From IMG/VR virus record IMGVR_UViG_3300033512_000114, positions 1 through 25,478 of that record: a DNA stretch of 25,478 nucleotides; one strand, written 5' to 3'. The translations under genes and the position numbers were made by a program. Shown here piece after piece: positions 18,515 to 25,478 of this stretch; positions within the stretch are counted from its first letter, which is position 1, and every line of letters begins with the position of its first letter. This DNA comes from a virus. Its lineage: Duplodnaviria; Caudoviricetes. Under the pieces are notes generated by a model. It had not been told where the DNA came from, did no database searches, and saw only the letters and a list, made by a program, of their open reading frames with translations.

Positions 18515-18999
18515 TATAACTTGTCATAACCTTAACAGCCGTAATAATAGTCGGTAAAATAGAACAAGCGATAATAGCACTGCTGACAGATTAGTTGGCG
18601 AGCATTCCGTAAGTTATATAGAAGTATTATTAACATTTAAATTTTAATCCATATTACATGTATTTAATTGTAAAGACTCTAATTAGGTAGTTACAAAAGT
18701 ATAACATGATAAACTCATGGTGTAAGGATAAAACAATTGGAAAAGAGATTATTTCAAAAAGTCCTATATAATTAGGCATTACGTAATATAATATAAAAAC
18801 TTAAATAACATTCCAAGTTATTGAGGACAGCATGGTTCTATTAGTATGTAGAAGTATTAAGATGTAAATCTGCATTGATAAGGGTAATGCCTGATATTAT
18901 TTATCAGATTTGAATTTAATACTAATACTATAACGCATGGATTGTGGGATACAATCCTTTGAACAATAAGATTCATAAAGGACTAATAGTTTTTGCTGT
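18515..18999 (+). ncRNA. Candidate structured non-coding RNA(s), three multi-stem domains
   Basis: ORF-free 535-nt gap with nested complementary segments. Closing stems are 18515-23/18610-18, 18679-85/18769-75, and 18827-32 plus 18838-45 / 18982-89 plus 18994-99. G-U pairs favour the plus strand. Confidence 0.55.
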
Positions 19000-19008
19000 A
19001 AAATAATG

Positions 19009-19055
19009 AATTAAATAAAGTATTAATTTAATAAACTTAATTAAAATGAAAATAA
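19009..19055 (+). repeat. 47-bp leader/start repeat, copy 1 (copy 2 at 19556-19602)
   Basis: AATTAAATAAAGTATTAATTTAATA(A/C)ACTTAATTAAAATGAAAATAA, one mismatch between copies. Confidence 0.9.
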
Positions 19056-19561
19056 TATCTATAAAAAGTAATGAAGAACCTAATGTAGGTGATATTATAC
19101 AAGATTATGAAGGTAATTTAGCATTGGTAGATAAATTAATACCTAATTCCAACTCTTATCATGCTAAATACTTAGCTTATGGTAAAAAAGGATTTACAGG
19201 AATATGTAGTGGTTCTAACTTTGATAATAAAAATAAATCAGTTGCTGCTAAATTAAATATTTACATAGTAGATACAGAAGCTATTAGTAATGTAGATGAA
19301 ACTATTGTAAATATATTCAATAATTGTTTATCTGTATTTAAAGGTAAATATGCACAATATTTTATAAAAGAAAAAGCTAATTATCATAAAATAATAACAA
19401 CCAATAATCAATCCTTACAATTACCACAATTATCACAACAAGCATTACAAACTATTGTAGATAACAATGGTAAATTAGAAGAATTTGATATTAAATTTAA
19501 GTGCGGTAAATATAATAGAGGAGGTGATGATAGTTGTGGTATATGTGAAATAATAAATTAA
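19046..19561 (+). CDS. Paralog 1 of a three-gene family (mosaic)
   Basis: N-terminus resembles ORF 20138 (SNEEPNVGDIIQDYEGNLALV vs SNEKPNIGDVVRDGIGDLALV); C-terminus is identical to that region of ORF 19593. Confidence 0.8.
   Translation: MKIISIKSNEEPNVGDIIQDYEGNLALVDKLIPNSNSYHAKYLAYGKKGFTGICSGSNFDNKNKSVAAKLNIYIVDTEAISNVDETIVNIFNNCLSVFKGKYAQYFIKEKANYHKIITTNNQSLQLPQLSQQALQTIVDNNGKLEEFDIKFKCGKYNRGGDDSCGICEIIN
19415..19552 (+). repeat. 138-bp exact direct repeat, copy 1 (copy 2 at 19914-20051)
   Basis: Both copies encode LQLPQLSQQALQTIVDNNGKLEEFDIKFKCGKYNRGGDDSCGICEI; no nucleotide difference seen. Confidence 0.95.
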
Positions 19562-19592
19562 ATAAAGTATTAATTTAATACACTTAATTAAA

Positions 19593-20132
19593 ATGAAAAT
19601 AAAGTATAAGTTGATTTTAATACCTTCTATGGCTGATAATAAAGTAAATGATTTACTAAAAGATAATATATTAAGTAAATTAATACTTGCTACAAAAGAA
19701 GATATAGAACAAAGAATTTATTTACAAACTTGGTTTGAAAATCTATATGTTTACATAATAGATACAGAAGCTATTATTAATGAAGGTGAAATTGGTATAT
19801 CTTTAAATCCAAAAGATTATGGATATATTCAACCAATGCCTATATTTAAACCACAATTAGAACTTGAAAATATTAAATGGTTTAAAGCAATATTGGCAAC
19901 AAATAATCCTTCATTACAATTACCACAATTATCACAACAAGCATTACAAACTATTGTAGATAACAATGGTAAATTAGAAGAATTTGATATTAAATTTAAG
20001 TGCGGTAAATATAATAGAGGAGGTGATGATAGTTGTGGTATATGTGAAATATCAAATTGTAATAATTTAAAATTACAGTATGTAACAAATAATGATATTG
20101 CTAATATTGAATTAAGAAAATTTAAAACTTGA
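19593..20132 (+). CDS. Paralog 2 of a three-gene family
   Basis: 179 aa sharing YIIDTEAI and ILATNNPSLQLPQLS motifs with its neighbours; Cys cluster near the C-terminus. Confidence 0.8.
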   Translation: MKIKYKLILIPSMADNKVNDLLKDNILSKLILATKEDIEQRIYLQTWFENLYVYIIDTEAIINEGEIGISLNPKDYGYIQPMPIFKPQLELENIKWFKAILATNNPSLQLPQLSQQALQTIVDNNGKLEEFDIKFKCGKYNRGGDDSCGICEISNCNNLKLQYVTNNDIANIELRKFKT

Positions 20133-20137
20133 ATAAA

Positions 20138-20932
20138 ATGAAAATAACTACAATTGATTCTAACGAAAAACCTAATATAGGTGATGTTGTAAGAGATGGT
20201 ATAGGTGATTTAGCTTTGGTATATATTACTGACCCTAAATATAATTTATATAAAGTTAAATATTTAACTCGTAATAAAGAAGATGTTATATATATTAATT
20301 ATGTTAATACTTTTAATAATACTCATAAGAATACTAATAAAGTAGATATTTATTTAGTAGATGAGAATTTAGAATTAGATAGTAATACACCTGTTATTGC
20401 AAATGGTATTTATTATAGTAGATATTTTAACATTAAGGATACAAACTTAGATACAGAAGATACAGTAGCAGTAATTGCAACAACAAATGGTGATAAAGAT
20501 TTACATAAATTAACAGATGGGGCAATAGGACTTATAGTAGCGTGTAATGGAGTATTAAGTGGATTTGATGTTAGATATAATTATGAATATGTTATTGAAG
20601 ATGGAATGGCTAATACTTCAAAAGAACCTATTTGTATAGGAGTTGATATTATTCGCAAAGGTATAGATACAAAAGAACATGATGCTATAATTAACTTAAT
20701 TAACGGAACTACTGAAGAAGATGAAGATATTAAAGAAGGAGCAGATGTATGTGAGAGTTGTAGCGGTAGTGGTTATTATTGTGGAAGAAAATGTGGAAAT
20801 TGTAATGGTACAGGACGCAGGTATTGGGATAGTTATACAGTTGAACATATACAAGAGAAGTTTGCTGCATTAGGTATTAGTTATGGAAAAGAATGGTTAT
20901 ATAAACTTATGAATGGTAGAATTATTAAATAA
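20138..20932 (+). CDS. Paralog 3 with a C-terminal DnaJ-type zinc finger
   Basis: Likely start is ATG 20138 (MKITT, parallel to MKIIS) rather than TTG 20129. Shares IYLVDE and VIATTN..L.KL motifs; carries CESCSGSG and CGNCNGTG. Confidence 0.8.
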   Translation: MKITTIDSNEKPNIGDVVRDGIGDLALVYITDPKYNLYKVKYLTRNKEDVIYINYVNTFNNTHKNTNKVDIYLVDENLELDSNTPVIANGIYYSRYFNIKDTNLDTEDTVAVIATTNGDKDLHKLTDGAIGLIVACNGVLSGFDVRYNYEYVIEDGMANTSKEPICIGVDIIRKGIDTKEHDAIINLINGTTEEDEDIKEGADVCESCSGSGYYCGRKCGNCNGTGRRYWDSYTVEHIQEKFAALGISYGKEWLYKLMNGRIIK

Positions 20933-21059
20933 GATAAATTATATCTAATCATTCTGATAACAATACTAAATTAGATAAAGAAGTTGTAATAGGAGTTGAA
21001 ATGAGGTTTTCCACTATATTATATCTTCTTTACTCTTGTTCAATATACATAAACAACTG

Positions 21060-21471
21060 AAATAAACACTCAAAAACTAACTAATCTTAAACCAAAGTCC
21101 TCTCAAACTTCACAATTCCAATTTTCCCCCATTTCACCACATCTCACACATCTTAAAAATTTCCCACCTAAACCTACATCAAAACCTCAACCCAACCTCA
21201 AACCTAAAATTTCACACTAATTTCGCACTAAAATTCCAAAACTATGAAAACACACAAAAATCTCCACTGCCCTAAAAAGTCAATAAAACTTTACAACACT
21301 TCCACACCCAACCTCTACTTCCCAACCTCATCAATCCATCAACCTCTAATTCCCATTTCCCACTATCAACCTTTCTCTCCCAACTCTAAAAAACATAAAC
21401 AAAAACACCATCTTTCATCAAAACCAACTTCCATAATATCCAACTTTAATTCCAAATACCCACATCCAACT
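21060..21471. other. G-less, C/A-rich tract
   Basis: Only 5 G (21097, 21225, 21246, 21269, 21279) in 412 nt on the plus strand; degenerate AACCTC-like repeats. Confidence 0.9.
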
Positions 21472-21714
21472 GATTACTCTTTTCCTACTTCTTATTTAAA
21501 TCAAATATCTTTATTCGCACCAACTTCTTCTAATAAATCAGAATTTATAAACCCAACTATTGATATATTAGAAAAACAGCACATTTATATTGAATATATA
21601 ACTAAACAAAGAACAATAGATTTAAGAGAAGACCCTTATTTTATTGAAAATATAAATAAACAAAAAGCAATAGAATTAATAAACTTAAATCAACAAAATA
21701 AAAGAAACGAAACA

Positions 21715-21936
21715 ATGAAGGAACAAATAATGCAAGGTATTGAAGTACACTCAATAATACCACCAAGAAAACCTCAATCTAATAAAATTGTAAATTTAAT
21801 ATTATACAATAGTATATTTGGTAAATTAGATACATCAAATTATGTAACTGAAGTAGTTATGGAATATGAAGAAAAATTGATGTTAAATAAATTTGATAAA
21901 GAAACTTGGTTTAAAACACCAATAGAAGATATATAA
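21715..21936 (+). CDS. Hypothetical protein (probable true start within track ORF 21244..21936)
   Basis: In-frame ATG at 21715 has an A-rich leader like other genes here. The upstream in-frame part overlaps the G-less tract and is P/S/H/K low-complexity. Confidence 0.5.
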   Translation: MKEQIMQGIEVHSIIPPRKPQSNKIVNLILYNSIFGKLDTSNYVTEVVMEYEEKLMLNKFDKETWFKTPIEDI

Positions 21937-21939
21937 ATC

Positions 21940-21986
21940 AACACCCTATTAATTGATAATATGCAAGTGCATTTTAATAGGGTGTT
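21940..21986. promoter_or_regulatory. Intergenic hairpin (processing site or weak terminator)
   Basis: AACACCCTATTAA (21940-21952) / TTAATAGGGTGTT (21974-21986), a perfect 13-bp stem with no clear U tract. Confidence 0.65.
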
Positions 21987-22017
21987 ATAGTAATAACTAT
22001 AATTAACAAAAATACAC

Positions 22018-22218
22018 ATGGAAGAAATTGAAATATCATTAAAACAAAAAGAAATACTTAAAGAAATAGAAATTAATGAATTAAAGATATTAAAAAATAA
22101 CATATCTTTAGTAGCTATTATATTAAGTACTTATGAAGATGATAAAGCGATAGAAATACTATTAATAATAAAAGAATCATTAACAAAAAATACAAAAGAA
22201 AATGAAAATAGAATTTAG
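22018..22218 (+). CDS. Hypothetical protein
   Basis: 66 aa, overlapping the next gene's start, consistent with translational coupling. Confidence 0.55.
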   Translation: MEEIEISLKQKEILKEIEINELKILKNNISLVAIILSTYEDDKAIEILLIIKESLTKNTKENENRI

Positions 22219-23017
22219 TGATAATCTTTGGGTAGAAAATATTGATTGTAGTAACTTTAATTTAAATAAAGAAAACAGAATAAAAGCTGTTACAAATATT
22301 GCATCAATAACAAGAGGTAAATTAGGATTTTATAGTAGTGGAGTTACATTAGATAGAAGTTTAAGATTATATAATAGATTATTAACTGAAAGTGATGGTA
22401 AAGCATTAAAACCATTTCAATTTATTCCTATTAAAATTTCTGATACGGATTTGTTTTTACTACTTGATAAATACAAAATACATATAAGAACTTATTTAAA
22501 TGAAGTAGCAAGATTTGGTTATTGGTTAGGAAGTGATGACGGAAAAGTTCTTACAGAATTTATAACTAATATGAGATGTTTGTTAAATCTTGGAATAAAT
22601 GAAGATGATATTCCATTTAACACACACGAAGAACTTGATGGATTTAAAGTAATAATTGGTGAAATTCCAAAACAGGTGTACGACCATTTAATAACTCACG
22701 ATATGATTTCTAAATTATCAGAAAGTAGTAGGAATAAGAGGTATTTAAAAGATGTTAAGTTTTTTAATAAAGAAATAGGTGATGACCAACATAAAATAAG
22801 TTTACTATATGATGTTGAAACAGGATATAAAACATCAGAGCAAGCAACAAAAGACCTTAGTAGTAGAAGACTTATAAAATTTACTATTGCAGGTTGGTTA
22901 CCCGATACTTTTGGGTTAATGAATTTACTTAAAGTAAGAAATTCAAAAAATACGCAAGGAATTACTAAAGAAACTGTGGATAATATTAAAACTTTAATAC
23001 TGTATGATTACAAATAA
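22202..23017 (+). CDS. thyX: Divergent flavin-dependent thymidylate synthase (ThyX-like)
   Basis: HLITHDMISKLSESSRN aligns with the ThyX RHRx7S signature. IASITRG, KPFQF and NLLKVRNSKNTQ match other ThyX blocks in the right order. Confidence 0.6.
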   Translation: MKIEFSDNLWVENIDCSNFNLNKENRIKAVTNIASITRGKLGFYSSGVTLDRSLRLYNRLLTESDGKALKPFQFIPIKISDTDLFLLLDKYKIHIRTYLNEVARFGYWLGSDDGKVLTEFITNMRCLLNLGINEDDIPFNTHEELDGFKVIIGEIPKQVYDHLITHDMISKLSESSRNKRYLKDVKFFNKEIGDDQHKISLLYDVETGYKTSEQATKDLSSRRLIKFTIAGWLPDTFGLMNLLKVRNSKNTQGITKETVDNIKTLILYDYK

Positions 23018-24086
23018 AATAAAAATAGGTGGAACAATATATGTTAGTAATAATTTAGAATTATTATTAAAAGATACAAAAGATTTTCCAATAATGATTA
23101 AACCTGAATTAATGAATCAACGTACAACATACCAAGCATTAATTGAATGGATTTTTCAACCTGAAACAATCATGTTCAATTCAAATCAATTAGGTTATAG
23201 AGAAAGTATAGAATGGTTAGAGTTTTGGTATAATACTTTAATACCTGAATTGTGTGAATGTCCTATTAAAGGTTGTATTAAAGATGGTACTGAGTGTATT
23301 GGTTGTAAAGATATAGTATGGAATGAATTTGTATTAGAAGCATTTGTTGGTATGTTATTAAATTGGTTTGAAAAGAATGAATTATTTTTAGAAAGTACCA
23401 GAACGACTATTAATAAAGTTTGGTATAATTGTATATGGGATAACAAAAATTGCTTATTAAATGATTTAATAGCATATAATAATAAACAGCAAGCAAGACA
23501 TAAAGGAATACTTAAATACTTTGAATTGATTAAAAATGAAAAAACAAGTTTTGTAACAATAGTTAATTACAAATTTAAAGAAAGTAATTATTATTATTAT
23601 TATAAAAATAATGGTGCAATATATGGATACCATAAATTTAGAAAAACAAATAATGCATATTCAGAAAATGAATTTACAAAAGAACAAGCAATTGAAGCAG
23701 AAAGAAGTAATACAAATTGTAGCAATTGCTTAGATTGTTTTAATTGTATTAATTGTAATAGTTGCGAAATTTGTAATAATTGTGAAAATTGTATTGGTTG
23801 TATTACTTGTTCATATTCTAAAGAATGTGAAAAAAGTAGGTTTTGTTATAAAAGTAGTAATTGTATTAATTGTGCTAATTGTTTAGATTGTTATAAATGT
23901 GTTAATTGTTTTATGTGTTATAATTGCATAAGTTGTAAATATTGTGATTATTGTAATAACTTTAAAGGTGGAGATTATAAAACACATCAAGTAGTTTATG
24001 CAAAAAACATAAGTATTGTTGAAGAAAACTTAACTATTATTAAAGAAAATACAAAAAAGTTGTTAATACAAGAAAACAAATGTTAA
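23004..24086 (+). CDS. Protein with a C-terminal (Cxx)n cysteine-repeat domain
   Basis: 360 aa. 23718-23960 encodes 27 tripeptides, 24 starting with Cys and 3 with Ser. Confidence 0.75.
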   Translation: MITNKIKIGGTIYVSNNLELLLKDTKDFPIMIKPELMNQRTTYQALIEWIFQPETIMFNSNQLGYRESIEWLEFWYNTLIPELCECPIKGCIKDGTECIGCKDIVWNEFVLEAFVGMLLNWFEKNELFLESTRTTINKVWYNCIWDNKNCLLNDLIAYNNKQQARHKGILKYFELIKNEKTSFVTIVNYKFKESNYYYYYKNNGAIYGYHKFRKTNNAYSENEFTKEQAIEAERSNTNCSNCLDCFNCINCNSCEICNNCENCIGCITCSYSKECEKSRFCYKSSNCINCANCLDCYKCVNCFMCYNCISCKYCDYCNNFKGGDYKTHQVVYAKNISIVEENLTIIKENTKKLLIQENKC

Positions 24087-24167
24087 TTAATAAAATAAAT
24101 ATCAATTGGACAAAATCAGATTATGTCAATCAATTAGGTAAAATAAACTACAAAACAAAAAAAAAGT

Positions 24168-24392
24168 ATGAACACAGTAAATGATTTTTACAATAAATTA
24201 GTAGAAGAATTACGGTACACTTATTTTAATTCAGAAAGTAAATTTGAAAATGATACAGTTCAAAAAGTATGTAATATTGTTGAGTTGTTTAATAATGGTT
24301 GTATGTATTATGAAAACCTTATTAAAGAATTAAATACATTATGTAACATAGATGTAACCGAAATAATTAACAAATATATACTAAAACCGTAA
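24168..24392 (+). CDS. Hypothetical protein
   Basis: 74 aa with an A-rich leader. Confidence 0.6.
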   Translation: MNTVNDFYNKLVEELRYTYFNSESKFENDTVQKVCNIVELFNNGCMYYENLIKELNTLCNIDVTEIINKYILKP

Positions 24393-24398
24393 ATAAAA

Positions 24399-24725
24399 AT
24401 GAAAAAAGAAAAAACAATAAACCAAAAACTTAAAGAATTAAAAGAAGCAGAGGAAATAGAATTAAAACTAAAAGAAGAAAACTTAAAAGAGCAAAACTTA
24501 TTAAAACAAAAAGAACTTTATTTAGAATTAGTTTATATTTGTTTGAATTTAGAAATGACAAGTTATGTATTAAATATGGGTAATGATTTACAAGAAGCAG
24601 TAAGGATTGGTAAACAAATAAAAGAATTTTTATATACTTTAGATATTAAGTTTGTAGAAAAGTTAAATAAAGAAATAATAAAAGAAAATGAAACACGTAA
24701 AGGATTTAAGCAGGATATTAATTGA
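24399..24725 (+). CDS. Hypothetical coiled-coil protein
   Basis: 108 aa, K/E/L-rich, starting 6 nt after the previous stop. Confidence 0.6.
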   Translation: MKKEKTINQKLKELKEAEEIELKLKEENLKEQNLLKQKELYLELVYICLNLEMTSYVLNMGNDLQEAVRIGKQIKEFLYTLDIKFVEKLNKEIIKENETRKGFKQDIN

Positions 24726-25478
24726 TGCTAATTTTGGTGAAAATGGAGATTTATTAAAAAGTAAAATATTAGGTGTTAATTATAATGAAGATAATGTTGT
24801 AGAAGCAAAGGTATCACCTGTTACGAAATTAGTTAATGAGTATTATAATATTAAACCACAAGAAGTTAAAACTAATGATAAAGCTACATTTTTTGATAGT
24901 TATTTAAAAGTAGTTTATTGGAAAGATGCAGTATTAGAATTAACTGATTTTAATAAAGAAGAAGTAGTTAATAATTGTAAAGATTTCTTGTTTAAGTGTG
25001 TATTTAAAAGTGGTAAATCAGAAGAAGAGCAAATAAGAAATTATAAAAGAATATTCACAAAAGATAATTACGAAAGATTTGAAAAGAACGGAATAGAAGG
25101 ATACATATTAACTGAATACGATAAATCAGGTTATAAAAATTATTTGACTAAGTATATGGAATGTTCTTATGATACTATATTACCACATATTAAATTAACT
25201 TCAAATATAAATGAGATTAAATATGCCGCTATAAATAAATTTAATTACTTGTCTGATATTAGTAATGCTAACAATGAAATTGTATACTATAAATTTAATA
25301 AATCCATTGAAGATATAAATATTAGTTTAACAAAAGAATTAGCTATTAAATTACACAAATTTAAACTTGCTGATGTTTATATGAATATTTTAAATTCAAA
25401 AGTTTATAATTTAAGTTTAAATCAATATATATATTTTAAAAAAGGTAATTCTAATAATTATTACAATAAAATATATAA
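24688..25478 (+). CDS. Partial hypothetical protein (runs off window)
   Basis: Not in the ORF track. ATG at 24688 (MKHVKDLSRILIDANFGENGD...), open to the end of the window. Confidence 0.7.
   Translation, partial: MKHVKDLSRILIDANFGENGDLLKSKILGVNYNEDNVVEAKVSPVTKLVNEYYNIKPQEVKTNDKATFFDSYLKVVYWKDAVLELTDFNKEEVVNNCKDFLFKCVFKSGKSEEEQIRNYKRIFTKDNYERFEKNGIEGYILTEYDKSGYKNYLTKYMECSYDTILPHIKLTSNINEIKYAAINKFNYLSDISNANNEIVYYKFNKSIEDINISLTKELAIKLHKFKLADVYMNILNSKVYNLSLNQYIYFKKGNSNNYYNKIY

Noticed and set aside
18584-18591. Hammerhead ribozyme core near CTGACAGA
   Set aside because: Does not match CUGANGA and lacks a correctly placed GAAA and stems.
19415-20051. Diversity-generating retroelement template/variable repeat pair
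   Set aside because: The 138-bp copies are identical, flanking differences are not adenine-specific, both copies are coding, and no reverse transcriptase is in the window.
15893-21471. The two skewed tracts as terminal inverted repeats of a mobile element
   Set aside because: Only short compositional matches were found, with no alignable inverted repeat and no transposase or integrase inside.
21244-21714. N-terminal 157 codons of track ORF 21244..21936 as real protein
   Set aside because: Largely overlaps the G-less tract, where TAG and TGA are rare, so a long open frame is expected. The product is low-complexity. Not fully excluded.
21787-21831. ILYNSIFGKL resembling the family B DNA polymerase KxxxNSxYG motif
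   Set aside because: The ORF is far too short and lacks the other polymerase motifs; at most a relic or coincidence.
2362-23446. Antisense track ORFs (2362, 6384, 7194, 7342, 10944, 12999, 14440, 14735, 15238, 15273 on +; 17114, 17151, 21840, 23195 on -)
   Set aside because: They are shadows of better-supported genes on the opposite strand, with F/L/S/I-rich antisense composition.
1-25478. Stop-codon reassignment as seen in some crAss-like phages
   Set aside because: TerL, portal and MCP are full length under the standard code and coding density is high; no tRNA was recognised.

Overview
AT-rich dsDNA phage genome segment whose gene order and motifs fit a crAss-like phage (Crassvirales; likely Bacteroidota host). 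The left ~15.7 kb is a minus-strand virion/packaging module. In transcription order it encodes GroES-like and HU/IHF-like proteins, a PD-(D/E)XK nuclease, small accessory genes (one Acb2/Tad1-like), terminase large subunit, portal, scaffold-like protein, major capsid protein, ring and auxiliary capsid proteins, and fibre-like genes. Coding switches to the plus strand at ~16.7 kb into an early/accessory region that includes a divergent ThyX and a Cys-repeat protein. The most unusual part is 15.9-21.5 kb. It is bracketed by two mirror-image compositional tracts (C-less on the left, G-less on the right, so both are G-less in the sense of the adjacent genes). It contains two abutting 5x13-bp tandem arrays, a duplicated GAAA hairpin flanking a secreted-protein gene, a ~490-nt ORF-free multi-stem RNA candidate, and a mosaic three-gene paralog array. 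All calls come from reading motifs and synteny by eye; no database search or folding program was run.
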